The notes beneath the pieces were generated by a model. It worked only from the letters and a program-made list of their open reading frames with translations. It searched no databases and was not told the origin of the DNA. A stretch of 64,000 nt of DNA from Podarcis bocagei (lineage: Eukaryota). Of the stretch, positions 50,198 to 63,201 are shown piece by piece. Where the stretch lies: the NCBI GenBank assembly GCA_964188305.1, contig OZ076896.1; one strand, given 5' to 3'. Position numbers and translations under genes: made by a program. Position 1 is the stretch's first letter, and each line of letters begins with the position of its first letter.

Positions 50198-52199
50198 TCC
50201 TGGAACCTGCAATCCTCAACCTGGTGCCCACAGTTCGTATACTCTGAGCATTGGCCATACTGGCTGAGTCTGATGTGAATTGCCATTCAGAACTGCGAAA
50301 AGGCACCAGGTTGCAGGAAGCTGCCCTAAGACGTAGGTCTCCCACAACCTGATGCCCTTCAGATTTTTTGAATTGCAGCTCAGACTGAACACAGCTAGCT
50401 TAAGGTTTACGATGTATTAGTGGTTCCGTGAAGCTGCCCTTTAATATTAAACATCCATATTAAATACTTCATTTTTCAGTTTACACACAAATATATTTGG
50501 CAGTGGGCCACTTTGCATGTAATGATAAGGGCACACCAGCAAGCGTGTGGGTTACTGGAGAAAAGACTGTGGCTGCTTTGCTTCTCCTCCTGACATTTTG
50601 CTGCTGCCAGTGTTCAAAACTTCCATTGTTCTAGGCGTATTTCGCAACAGGAAATTTCATTAGCACAAGCAGTTTCTGAGCTCTGGGCACAGTACTGCAC
50701 CTAAGATTTCTGATTAAAACTGCAGAGTAGAAGGAAAGGAGGAACTTTTCCTGCCTCCCCATTTCCAGCTCCTCTCTGAAGACTGCAGAAAAGACCTTCT
50801 TAATAATATTAGGGGGGTGGGCAGGGGAAGGACTACTAGACCATGTGAAAAGTGAACATAATGTTTTAGATGCAGTTCATTCATTTTCAGCTCTGTATTC
50901 TTGTTACAAAAAAGCATGCCTAGACATTCTGTTGTTGCGCCCATAACCTAGGTTTAAGGTGCCATTTAGCTCCTAGCTGTCATATCTCAGTTTCTCACAC
51001 TGGCTGCTGCACTGCACTGCACTAACCCATGGTTCTACTTGCATGCTGTCCAAACTTGGGTCCATGGTTTAGTTCTCTAGATAGAAGCAAACTTAAAACT
51101 GTAACCATGGTTTTCAGAGCTAAACCATAAGCCTTGGGTTCAGATGGCACACTAAGCCAAACCATAGCTAAGCAAAGCAGAACAACTTGAGGAGCAAAGC
51201 AGCCATGAATTCCTCTCTGGGAGCCCACACATTCCCATTAAGCCATGATTCTTCGTTCATGTGCATTAAGACATGACATTGTTTAGTGTCACATGCAGAA
51301 GAGGTCATCGTCCACCCTACAAAGAGTCATTTCCAACAGAGAGAATTCCACCAGAAGAATAAAGATGGACTGAGCTATGTGGATATTGCAATGAGCATGT
51401 CAAACTGGCCATACAAAGCTTCCATCACAAAAGCCACAATGGAAGGCTTTCCAAACACATGCAGGCAACAGCAGTGTGATAGCAACTTTATACAAGGAAC
51501 TCACAACATGAATGCAACTTTTACCACCAAGGCCTTTAGAAGAGAACTTAACTGCGATCAGACTTAGCATTTTGATTCTGCACACTTAGAAATAATCTTT
51601 AGCATTAAAAAGAGGATTAGGCACCAATTCACAAGTCATTAGCACGTCAAGTTCACTTCAGGTTTAAGCTCCTAGTGCTCCAAGCAGCAGTCATGTACAG
51701 AATATGTTGTGTAGGATTGCAACGGCATGCAACAAACTGCTAGTGCAAACAGCAGCCAGTACAAGAGGGCTTAACAAGAGTTCAAAGCTGCACCATGCTC
51801 ATATTTGATTTTCACCCTATGTGGCTAAAGGGTGCTTATATACCAAATCTCCTTTTATGGGAACCGAATCTAAATCTATGTAATGGGATTTTGTGGGCAT
51901 TCGCCCTACTAAACAATCAGGAGTTTGTGCCCCCTTCCTCATCCCTAGCTTAAATAAGGCTACTGGAAGTGGCAGACTTTGGGCTCTCAAATTTCAGTGG
52001 TGCTCTGCCCAACACTAAAATTTGTGGTCCCCCTCACCCCAATACCTCTTGCACTGCATTCCAGAGCATTTTTATGGCACCCCCTGCAGCACTGCACCCA
52101 GGGCAGCCGAACCAGTCACGCTCCCATAAAACCACCTCCGGGGCCAATAAGTCATGCTTGAATCCATGTAAGGCAGAAGCCCTTTGGGTGTTTCCTAGA

Positions 52200-53160
52200 A
52201 CTGGAAACTTTGGCTGTTCTGCACTGAGTTGCACTATCCTGAAAGGTGCAAGGACATAGTCTAGAAATGGTCTTTAACTCCCCTTTGTCATTGGAGGCCC
52301 CAGTAACCCCAGTGGCTTGGACTGCCTTGTGCCAGCTTCTGCTTATATATCAGCTACAACCATTCCTTGACCTAGATAGCTTTGCCACTGCAATTTATGC
52401 ACTGCTAACCTCAAGAATGGGCTGCTGCAATGTTATTTATGTGGGGCTGACCTTAAGGCTGGTCAGAAAGCTGCAGATAGTGCAGAATATAGCAACTGCT
52501 ATGATGCTAACTGGGACGCGGGTGGCGCTGTGGGTTAAACCACAGAGCCTAGGGCTTGCCGATCAGAAGGTTGGCAGTTCGAATCCCCGTGGCAGGGTGA
52601 GCTCCTGTTGCTCGGTCCCTGTTCCTGCCCACCTAGCAGTTTGAAAGCATGAAGTGCAAGTAGATAAATAGGTACCGCTCCAGTGGGAAGGTAAACGGCG
52701 TTTCTGTGCGCTGCTCTGGTTTCGCCAGAAGCAGCTTAGTCATGCTGGCCACATGACCCAGAAGCTGTACGCCGGCTCCCTTGGCCAATAAAGCAAGATG
52801 AGCGCTGCAACCCCAGAGTCGTCTGCGACTGGACCTAACAGTCAGGGGTCCCTTTACCTACCTTTATGATGCTAACTGGGGCACACTATTACACAAACAT
52901 TACACCACTCTTAAAAAGAGTTGTCCTGGTTACCTGACCAGGTTTAAGGTTTTAGTCAAAGCCCTAAATAACTTGAGCCCAGCTATCCACAGGAGCACCA
53001 ACCACACTACCCTGACCAATAAGTAGGAATGCCTGGTGTGTCCTTCCTGGCAATGCCACAACCTGCAGAGATTTGTCTCATGGCGATGATGGAAGGACCT
53101 TTTCAGTTGTGGCTCCTTTCTATGGAAATGCCTCCCTTCTAGTCTAAGGCAAGAGTATCA
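52200..53160 (+). mobile_element. Decayed L2/CR1-group LINE RT fragment interrupted by a Sauria SINE
   Basis: ORF 52246 contains QLQPFLDLDSFATAIYALLTSRMGCCNVIYVGL.LRLVRKLQIVQN, an L2-type RT C-terminal motif. Boundaries approximate. Confidence 0.72.
52513..52864 (+). mobile_element. Sauria SINE, full length
   Basis: TSD TATGATGCTAACT. Confidence 0.94.
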
Positions 53161-54231
53161 GTGTGTTGTTGTCATTGCTTGTAAGAGTGTTCTGATCTAC
53201 TAGCTGCTATTTTATCTTGTACTGCATATTTTATTTTATATTTGTTTTCCTTATTATTTATCACCTTGCTATTTCAAATGAAAGGAACTAGAGAAACACA
53301 TAAATACTTTTAAATATATATTAGTATTAACATTAAACCCTGTTAAACCATTGCCCCTCATTAACCATAATTTGCAAACTGTTTCAAACTCTCCCTTCAG
53401 TGGGAAAACCTGACAAGTGTTAACTGCCAAACCCTGTACCAACGTTATACTTAGTTGCAATTAAGATAGCAGAAAGCAGGCATGATCAAAGAGCCCATTC
53501 TCAATTATGTAGCCACAGGTAAACAATCAGGAATGCTGTAACTGTCCTTGTCTATACAGAACTACTGCATAGTTGGAAAAGCTACCATTCTGACCCACAG
53601 GACTCTCAGCTGAAGAGAATGAACTATTTTGCTGTTTCATAAATGGAGAACTTGCATATTCTTATACTGTGATTAGTTGCATTCCTTATGCAACTTATGA
53701 AGCAGCCAGAACAGGAAAAAGAAGCATGGAAATAAGTTATCCTACCTCTTCGATTTCCTTAGTGAAGCATAACAGAAAAAGTGCAGAGATTATGATAACT
53801 TCAAAATGTTTTGACAGTTTTACTGAAGTTATACCATACATATATAAAAGGTATATATATATATATGGAAGGAAGTGTTCCATCAGTAAGTAAAAACATT
53901 GAGTATTCACCATGATTTTGCAGGATTATGTGTTTTGGAAGTACGTACTTGACTGCATTAGCAGAGAAGCAACTGACCTTTGTCTCAATATATATATTTA
54001 TTTCAAATAAATGGAAGTCTCCCACTCACTTTGTAAAACATCAGAATGAAGGCATGTTTCAGAATCCATAGAAGCCTAACTTAAGCATGAAACTACTGAA
54101 CCATTTGCTGCTCTGATAATGGAACACACAAGCAATGATTAAAATTAATAAAAAATAATGCACTCAAAGCCAATGAATGGAGGGGAAAACCGCAGCCTTA
54201 CATAGGAAAAGCACTGTATTCCAAAATTTAC

Positions 54232-54375
54232 CTCTTTGATTTCATCTTTCGCTTGTTGCAACTTGTCAGGCTTGTTGGCGAGCTGAAGTTTAGCTTCAGC
54301 CTCTCGTTTTTTCTGTAACATGACCTGAGCATCCTGCCATTTCTGCCAGCATTTCATTCGATGATCAAACACTCC
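54232..54375 (-). CDS. SNX2: SNX2 exon ([48 protein letters not shown])
   Basis: ttacag|GGA...GAG|gtaaat. 144 nt, within ORF 54145..54480. Confidence 0.97.
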
Positions 54376-54599
54376 CTGTAAGCAATAGTGTTGACAACTG
54401 AAAAGTGATGAGTCTTTACAAAATCTTAGACTTAAACAGGTAAACATCCTGTCAATATTAAACTGTGCTTTGGCCATCATCTACCTCTCATATTAAAGCC
54501 ATCAAAATAGCAAAAATCTCAAGAATCTCAACAGGTAAAAGTTTGATTCTGATCACATGCCACATTAGTTTTTAAACAGTATGAGACCATTCGATAAAA

Positions 54600-54870
54600 A
54601 TCCAGTCTAAAAAACCAGGCAGAGGACCTTCTTGGTAGTGGCACCCGCCCAATGGAATGCCCTCCCAACAGATGTCAAGGAGATAAACAGCTATATGACA
54701 TTCAGAAGACTTCTGATGACAGCCCTGTATAAGAAAGTTTTGAATGTTTGATGTTTGACTTTGCTTTTATATTTTGTTGGAAGCCACACAGGGGGGCTGG
54801 GGCAACCCAGTCAGGTGGGCGGGGTACAAACAATAAAGTTATTATTACCTTTACCTATTATTATTATAAT
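54600..54870 (+). mobile_element. L2-type LINE 3' end
   Basis: AGGACCTTC..GTGGCACCC..TGGAATGCCCTCCC motif and an ATTATT-type tail. Boundaries approximate. Confidence 0.6.
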
Positions 54871-55424
54871 TTGAACTTTGACCCATTGGTTTTGATGTCT
54901 ACAAATGTTAAAATTTCGTTCATCTTGCATTCAAAGGGCTGTGTAAAAAGCTGTAAGTGCTGTTCCAATATAATGACAAATAGGGGCTTTAGGATTATAG
55001 CCTCAGAAGATGTGAATTAATCCCCTATGTCAACAGCTGGGTGTGGTGTGGCATGTAGTATCTTCTCTCTATCAGCAGAGCAGAGTAACACTGGCAGGGT
55101 TGTACCAGAAACAGCCATGATGAAACGCCCTGAAACAGGAAGTGTGGAGATATGATGCTGGAGGCTTCAAATCCACTGCAGCCCAAGTCCCATGGAGCCA
55201 ATCATGGGGGCAACCTCGGCTACATCCATCTTGAGAAGGAAAAAAAAAGAGAAATCCAACTTCTCGTCTGGCTGCTGGAACTGGCAGGGCTTCAGATGCA
55301 GTAGAGGATCTGCTGCTCTAGTTTCTTGATAGGATTGCTCTCTTAAACCCAGCACTTGGAAGTATTTTACAATTAATATAACAAGATGGATGTTGAGGGG
55401 AAACTGTCCCTGAAGAACCTAGAA

Positions 55425-55549
55425 CACTGTTTCCCAGACCTGGGTCTCCAGCTTGGGTCCCATCATCCCTAAGCTAGCAAGAGCAGTGGTCAGAAATGAT
55501 TGGAACTGTAGTCCAAAAACAGATGGAGACCCAAGTTTGGGAAACACTG
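55425..55549. mobile_element. hAT-Charlie-type MITE (internally deleted)
   Basis: Same family as 10532-10667. Confidence 0.7.
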
Positions 55550-55710
55550 ACTGAGAATGAGCACAACCTAGTCAAATCCACAGAACATTTCTAACTACGG
55601 ATGGGAAACTTTTGACCTTCCAGATGTTGCTGAACCATAGTTCTCATCAGTTTCAGCCAGTGTGCCCAACGATAAGGGATGAAAGAGTTGCAGTCCTGCT
55701 TCATTTAGAG

Positions 55711-55847
55711 CAGGCTTCCTCAACCTCGTCCCCTCCAGATGTTTATAGACTACAATTCCCATCATCCCTGACCACTGGTCCTGCTAGCTAGGGCTCATGG
55801 GAGTTGTAGGCCAAAAACATCTGGAGGGCTGAGGTTAAGGAAGCCTG
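55711..55847. mobile_element. hAT MITE nested in an older related MITE (about 55600-55880)
   Basis: CAGGCTTCCT / AGGAAGCCTG termini and TSD ATTTAGAG/ATCTAGAG. Confidence 0.85.
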
Positions 55848-55926
55848 ATCTAGAGGGCCACAGGTTAATCATTCCAGCTATAGACATTACTTTCTGTTAC
55901 AGAATGCCATCCTGCACACGTTTATA

Positions 55927-56143
55927 CAGTGGTACCTCGGGTTACATACGCTTCAGGTTACAGACTCCGCTAACCCAGAAATAGTACCTCGGGTTAAGAA
56001 CTTTGCTTCAGGATGAGAATAGAAATTGTGTGGCAGCGGCGCAGCAGGCCCCATTAGCTAAAGTGGTGCTTCAGGTTAAGAACAGTTTCAGGTTAAGAAT
56101 GGACCTCCGGAACGAATTAAGTACTTAACCCGAGGTACCACTG
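55927..56143. mobile_element. Tigger-like MITE
   Basis: TA-CAGTGGTACCTCGGGTTA...TAACCCGAGGTACCACTG-TA. Confidence 0.92.
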
Positions 56144-56219
56144 TACTGTGCAAACACTATAACCTTCAATGTAAATATTGTCTTGCAAGGTCATTAAGTA
56201 GTTTTTAAACCGGGCTTAC

Positions 56220-56425
56220 TTTTACTGCACCAATAAGGCGAACATAGTCACTGAGCAACTCAGAGAACACATAGAAGTCAGCAAAAGCTTGTTCTTGATG
56301 CAGCTGATCAATTTTTTCTTCAACTTCAGCAAGCTGAGACAAAGCTCTTGATAAAGCAGTGTGGTCTTCTGAGTTCCCTAGCATGGCAGCACTTTTAGCA
56401 AAGGCAGCTGTGTTGGCTGAAAGTT
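56220..56425 (-). CDS. SNX2: SNX2 exon ([22 protein letters not shown]...[10 protein letters not shown])
   Basis: gtttcag|AA CTT TCA...GTA AAA|gtaagc. 206 nt, phase 1/0. Confidence 0.97.
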
Positions 56426-57741
56426 CTGAAACAAGAATCCGTCTAAAGTTGATGTCAGCTGTCACAATGTGAGTCACAAAATGCAAGTCCTTTAAATGCT
56501 ACTTTGCATACAATGGCATTTTCGTGTACAGAGATAGAACAATTGGCTTGAGGGGGAAAGCTCAACAGAGCAAAGAGAAAGCTTGCTTCAAAGTAATTCA
56601 GCTTAATAGAAATTAACATTCATAAACTTTGCTGTGTACTAGAAGATAGTTTTGATAAAAAAGGATTTCTGTTGCCAACAGTTGTTAAATAAATCCATTT
56701 AAAAAACACCTGCCTCTTTCTGCAAGTCTGTGACCTCATATAATTGGCATTGTGTAAAATGTCATAGTCTTTAAGAATAAGCATGCTTAAAACAATATCT
56801 GACTAATACAAAAATTTAAAGTTAACATTTTGCCTTAAAAAAACAGGTTAACCTATTTCTCATTGCAAGAAGAAAGTGGGGAGAGATATCTTGCTAGAAA
56901 TCAAACACTTGAGAGGTGTCCTATTGTGTCATTTATATTGCAGCATGTAAAGACAACTTATACCTGCCAGACGCCATGCACATTTATGCACAATCCAACT
57001 TGCGCTATGCAATTAAGTCTACTGACTTTAAGTTAGCCCAATGCTTAACTCTGATAGAAATCCATTTAGTTGCAAACTGGTATGTTTGTGTTTTATAAAC
57101 CTATAGGGTTTATATCCAACCAAGTTAAACTCAGATTTGAGCCACTGAAATGTATGGACTTTGATTCAATGCATCTACTCTGATTGTGACTAACGTATCG
57201 CCCATAAATGAGCATGCATTGTTCAGGAAATGTGATTTAGGAAATGAAAAAAGCATAAATTGACGACACAAATAAGTTATTTTGTAAGCTTCCCTAAATC
57301 CCCTAAATTATGGTGTGTAAGCTCCCCTAAATTCTAGAGCGACATTTTTTTTGAAAGGTAAACTGAGCATGGTTCCACATGTGTTAAAGAAGTATTTTGT
57401 ATAGGTTCCTGCTTCAGTGCACTAAGAAGGGTTAGGTGTTCCTAAAATCTCAGGCAGAACAGCTGTAACCAGATATTGTGCAGGTGTGCCTCATTGACTA
57501 TGCATCTAGGTATACTAATCTGGTAGCAAATTTCATTGAAAAGTCTTGTGTTACCGTGCAAAACATACATGAGTTGGGCGAGATACTTACTATACCTGGG
57601 GAGGAAGAAAATAATGTATGTGTTATAATGAATTCATACTATAGTACATGCAGATACAAAACAGTACTCTAGTCTGAAGAAAGAAAACTTGGAACATCTG
57701 ATGTGATGCAAAGGGTACAATTGCCTGAATAAAACAGCTAC

Positions 57742-57835
57742 CTTTTCTATGACAGACCAAGGCTTCTACGCTACCGTGAAGTTTCCGGAGCTGCTGATCC
57801 AAATTTTCAAATTGTTGCTGTTTTTCTTCAAACCA
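57742..57835 (-). CDS. SNX2: SNX2 exon (WFEEKQQQFENLDQQLRKLHGSVEALVCHRK)
   Basis: ttgccag|TGG...AAA G|gtagct. 94 nt, phase 0/1. Confidence 0.96.
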
Positions 57836-58037
57836 CTGGCAAGAAGTGAAATTCAGCCATTACAAATTACGTTACTATTGCAAAATACAACCCCCCCCCA
57901 AAAAAAACCCACAACCCCACCCCCCCAAGCAGGAAACAAATTAACTGGGTCCAAACATGGTAGCCAACTGATTCAGTTGAGAACCCAAGCCAATAAGTAA
58001 ATTAATATCCCATTTTCTACTCCTACGGTCTTAAAAT

Positions 58038-58201
58038 NNNNNNNNNNNNNNNNNNNNNNNNNNNNNNNNNNNNNNNNNNNNNNNNNNNNNNNNNNNNNNN
58101 NNNNNNNNNNNNNNNNNNNNNNNNNNNNNNNNNNNNNNNNNNNNNNNNNNNNNNNNNNNNNNNNNNNNNNNNNNNNNNNNNNNNNNNNNNNNNNNNNNNN
58201 N
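58038..58201. other. Assembly gap (164 N)
   Basis: Run of N. Confidence 1.
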
Positions 58202-58209
58202 CTCGGCAG
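58096..58209 (-). CDS. SNX2: SNX2 exon beginning LPR, mostly inside the N gap (lower coordinate inferred)
   Basis: Only caattccag|CTG CCG AG is visible (58209-58202). The 114-nt length is inferred from the 38 residues missing relative to recalled human SNX2. Confidence 0.75.
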
Positions 58210-59635
58210 CTGGAATTGAATGACAAATAAGTGCAAACAAACCGGTTAAAAGGCTGGAGGTTTAACTGGGCACCAAAGGGACTGAAAAGGATGTAGTGTT
58301 TTCTTCCCCCTCGTACATTTCAATATAGTGGAACCTAATTTCTTAAATTTACTACTTTTACATTCTCAGAGGAAAACTTAAAAAAATAGACTTTCAATTT
58401 GCTTTTCTCCTGCACCTTTACATTTAGATGGAACACAGAGACCATTTGTCAAAAGTTGTTACAATGCCGCCAAGTGCCTTAACTGGTCACCTGTATACCA
58501 ACCGCAACAGTGGCTTTTAAGGCTGCTCTGCTGCTGTTTCCAAGTTACAGGTGCAGCAACAATCTGTCTCAAAATGCTTCATAGAAAACACTGCGTCTAT
58601 CTTGCTATACAAATATAAAAGTTCCTCAAAGATAATGAACTGCTATCTATACTTTCCTGAAAACACACGCAAATATTAGCCATAGCAGTCTTTTCACTAG
58701 CCGTTGTAGCCCAGAAGTATGGCGAAGCACTTTCAAATCCCACCCCGCAAAGGTCGCTACAGGACTACAAAGATCCTCTGCCTATACCTGCCTTATCGAG
58801 TGAGTACCAATTAAAGGACTTATGCCTACTACTGGCAACCTTACAAAAACCTTTGCCACATATTGAGATTTAAGGGTTTAGCTATGCTCTTCTGCCAATT
58901 ATGTGTTTGTTGCAGATGCGGTGGTCGGTTGATAAGTTTTGGAAAGCTACAAGTGATTGATGCACCAGGGACACAGGAATTAACATGGTCCTACCTGTAG
59001 GAAGTGAAAGCTGCAGCTTTTTAAATAGGTCAAATTTAAACTTGTAAGCCCTAATGCATGGTTTCTCCCCCAGGATATGCTCAAACTGTAGTTTTTAAAA
59101 GTATTTGCAAAATTCTATTTTTTTACCAATATAAACAAACTGGTATGCAAAAAAAGGTTACTGAAGTATCTGGTACAGTATAACATTCTCATAGAGTTGG
59201 GTGGATTTTAAGAGAGATTTCCACTTGCACATGAAAGGTGCCAGACTGACAGCACTGGTGACTGAAGTCCTCTATCCATGAACTAATTACTACATAGCAG
59301 ACTGCAAAACTTTTATATGGTTGTGGTAGAAGGATCAAGTCTATTTAGCTTCCATGTCCCAAGTTAGTGAGTTTTGAGATCATTCCCCTATTTTACAGAG
59401 AGATCAATCAAGTTAAATCTCATAAACCAGAGCGAATTGATGCTCCCGCTTGCCTTGCACTAGATCAAATGTCTGGCAACTTAATTTTTTTGTAGCTTGA
59501 AGTCATTCAATTCCTATTTTGAGGGCACAACTGAAATTTATGAGCTGGAGGACCAGATTTCCATATATGATGAGAATGTTCCTTTTGTGCAAAGCATCAT
59601 TGTAGGTTGAAAGAAAAATAGGATAATTTAAATAC

Positions 59636-59711
59636 CTCAGAACTTTCCAAGAACTGCCTTAAATCAGGATCCTGTAACAAGGTTGGGTGTTTTACTGTTC
59701 GTTGTAGATAC
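59636..59711 (-). CDS. SNX2: SNX2 exon ([26 protein letters not shown]), end of PX domain
   Basis: ccatag|G TAT...GAG|gtattt. 76 nt, phase 2/0. Confidence 0.96.
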
Positions 59712-60761
59712 CTATGGTTTTAAAAATTAGATAACATTTAATGTTCCTGACAATACTAAAAAAATGTTTGCCATGCACAGAAAGCATGTCGGCAGCAGTG
59801 CCATTCTTCAGCAGGCAGACAATGTGCTTTAAGTGTGCATTAAGATGGTTACCTCTAAACTTTAGAGGATAGTTCAGTTTCAATGCCCCTTCAATCCTTT
59901 GCCTCTCTGCGGAGACTACCAACTAAGGATGAGCATTTGCCTAAAATATCAAGTTTGCCAGCAAGCAATTAATAGATGCAAATAGCCTGCCTGCTTCCCA
60001 CCCATCTGCCCTCCCAACAAAAGGTCAGAGCACTGAACAGGATAGAGAAGGATGATTTAAGCAATGTCATGTTCATGGTATTGTGTATCTATATGACTTG
60101 AAAACTAACACTGTAAGCCAGGTTTGTGCAACACAGAATGCACAACAGGAGCATGCAAAATAGCTTTCTTTCTCTAATTAACATTATCTTTGAATATCAA
60201 CTCTTAAGTCATCCAGTGTTCCTGGAAATGACATGAAAGGAGCTGCAACAGGAAGAATTCTGCCTTTTCAGAGTTAAAAGTGATTCAGCTAGGCATCCAC
60301 AGAAGTCAGTTTCAGAAGCTTCAGAAAACCCTTCTCCATGCCATTCTTCATCAAGCACACCCTAGATGTTAGGGTAGATTATTCTCGGTGCATCTATTTG
60401 CCATTCTTCTGGTTCATTTGTAGGAATACGAAGCAGCAATGTAAAATGCTTTTATAAATAAGTAAGAGTGGGTAGTCAGAAAAAAGGCTTTCTTAGGAAA
60501 GATCGTCTATATTTTTTGGTGAAAAACATAGATCTCCAGCCTCTGAAATCAGAGGCTGCCCCAAAGGTGAGGGCATTAGTTCCAACCCCATTTCATTTAA
60601 CCAACACAAGGCAGCTAATTTCAAAGGCAAACCCCAAAAAGGGTTATAGACTTTCAGTGAGTTCTATGAGAGGGTGTTCCGCTCACCAGCACTAACCTGA
60701 TTTGTACATTGCACTGCTCAGGACTCTCAAGAGCTCGGGGGCAATTTAGGTTGGTTTGGGG

Positions 60762-60897
60762 CAGGCTTACTCAACCTTGGCCCTCCAGATGTTTTTGGCC
60801 TACAACTCCCATGAGCCCTAGCTAGCAGGACCAGTGGTCAGGGATGATGGGAATTGTAGTCTCAAAACATCTGGAGGGCCGAGGTTGAGGAAGCCTG
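60762..60897. mobile_element. hAT MITE (family of 55711-55847)
   Basis: CAGGCTTACT / AGGAAGCCTG termini and flanks GTTTGGGG/GTTTGTGG. Confidence 0.85.
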
Positions 60898-63122
60898 GTT
60901 TGTGGGGAATGAAGGGTCACACATTCTTGCCAACTGAATTAAAACTCTTCTCACTAGCACAAACCAAAGCCACCTTCTCTGCTCGCATGAAAGCCAAGGA
61001 CAGTCAGTCTAGTCTGTTCTGTCCAGGAAGTCTATACGGTCTCCTGCTACACTTAAGCCCACCTCCTTAAGCGGTCCTCAACAAGGAGCAAGACCCAAGA
61101 GTTTGTCTCCCCATCTCCCTTAGTGAATCTATGCTTGTCCCATCCACTAAATTGTATTTTCATTTCCAAGAATGCATTAACCAATCTTTGGCTGTAGCTC
61201 GTGGCTAGCAAGAAGAGAGCTTAAATGTCAAGCCTGGGCACAGCCACCACGCCACATCAAACCTTGGCTTAGCATGGGACAAAATGACTAGGGAGGATCA
61301 AATGAGTTGTGGGGTCCTCTCCAGAAGCCCACACATTGGCTTACTGTGTCATGCAAACCAGGCTATTACATCCTTTTTATGATAGGGCATATTATTTATA
61401 CACAAGAGTCCTATGCCATTGGTGCTTTGATATCTAGTAGCCTGTTTGGCTTTAATAGCTTCCACAGCAGCTCTGCATACTTTTCCTACTTAGATGATCA
61501 AGATTCTGAACAGGGCACAGGGGAATTTTGTATCATTAAAACAGGGAAATGCAACATTTGTTCAATCCTGCCCCATGGACAAGTTGTATTTCACCATCCT
61601 TCTAAATGACTGTTTAGGACATAAAAGATGCTTCCTGCGGCAAAACAGTCCAGTCAAGTAGATTTCTATGATTACAGAACTGTAGGAGATGAAGGTGCTG
61701 AAAATTATTCAGATTACCATCCCAACTATGAGTTGATTCCTCAATGGCAACTAAATCAGGGGACCATAAAATATAACATATTAAGAAAAAAATCAATTTC
61801 TGCCATCAAAAAAAGGTTCTTATTTTTATATGTAAGCTGCCTTGTGTCCTCTAAGGGGAAAGGGTAGGATATAAATAAATATATAAATAATATATACATA
61901 CATGACATGACATGGTTAATTTACATACTCTAGCTTAGAAGTGCAGTTTGCTTGTGAGAATGGTGAGAACAGTGATATTAAAAACCCATTTACGGAATGC
62001 AAAAAGGGCAAATTTTGATCAATGGATAAACATTGCAGCTCCTCACATTGCGGAATACATATGCAGGAAGACTCCAGCCATTGTGTTACAGGTATATTAA
62101 CTGCAAAATGAGTGCTAGGTTTCAAATAGTTTCGGCAAGTGTCCAAAAAGGAGCCCTACAGAGATAGCCTGGTTTTCCAAATAGTTGGAAAATTGCACCT
62201 TGGTGGGTGTTTTTTTTTGGGGGGGGGAGGACAGGGATGAAGGTACAGTGCCTCTGAACATTAATAGCTTTCATCTACAACAGGACCAGGTACGTGAGAA
62301 TTCTTCAGATACAGAAGAGTGCCAAAGTGCTTCTTCCTTTGCAGGAAAACGCCAAACTTTATGATCTTATGGGCTCCAAAATTCTATAAGATGCATCATC
62401 ACAGCAACATTAAACATAACTTTTAATTGAGAATCCCAACAGAATTGCCTGCTATGGAGGATTAGACTTGAAACGACTGAAAAGCTGAATGGACACGTCT
62501 TCCTTAGGAGTAAAACAGTTACATTGGTGAACTCCCCATACATAAAAAGGACAGTCCCAGAATGCCAGATAAGCCTTGGAAGGCAAGAAGCCACCATTAA
62601 ACAATTGATACACAAGAAAATGTTTACACATTGCAATTTTTCATTCACTGCAGTGGAAAAAATGGTCTACTAGCATGAGGGAATGATGTACCAAGCTTTT
62701 TAAAAAGTTATGTACCCATGGCCTACACTTGGAGCACTCCTGTGAAAAGTAGTTAGCGTACTTGAAGTCTATCCAATAAAATCTAAATCAAGATTTCTCT
62801 GGCTACAGTGTCTATTACCTGAAGAATATTACATTTCTAAATCTTCACAGCAGCATTTGGAAGCTTTAATTTTAGAATGTGTCTCTTAAAATTTACATAT
62901 ACCCACCCATAGATTCCCACTTAATTTTGCCCCTATTTGTTACATAAACAGTACAGTTTCGTAAACTGTTGTATGAAAAATACACTTTTGTAGCTTCTGT
63001 TACACCTAATGTATTTTATACAATTGGGTCTATGGAGACTTGAAACACCTAAGCTTAAGGCAACACAGGACAAGGATCCCACTTTAGTATGTATTTGTTT
63101 ATTAGCTGAAAGTATAAAGTAC

Positions 63123-63201
63123 CTTTCTAGTGCCGCTCTTCTTTTTTCTACGAATTCTGTAGAAGACGAATCTTCCTTGCCTACTTTTACCTTAGTCATG
63201 C
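63123..63201 (-). CDS. SNX2: SNX2 exon ([27 protein letters not shown]), PX domain
   Basis: cttcaaag|GC ATG...GAA AG|gtactt. 79 nt, phase 1/2. Earlier exons lie beyond 64000. Confidence 0.96.

Noticed and set aside
51020-51300. Recurrent AAACCATGGTTT-type palindromic patches (also about 2205, 15690-15880, 61230-61360)
   Set aside because: Probably remnants of an old DNA transposon family, but boundaries and TIRs could not be defined.
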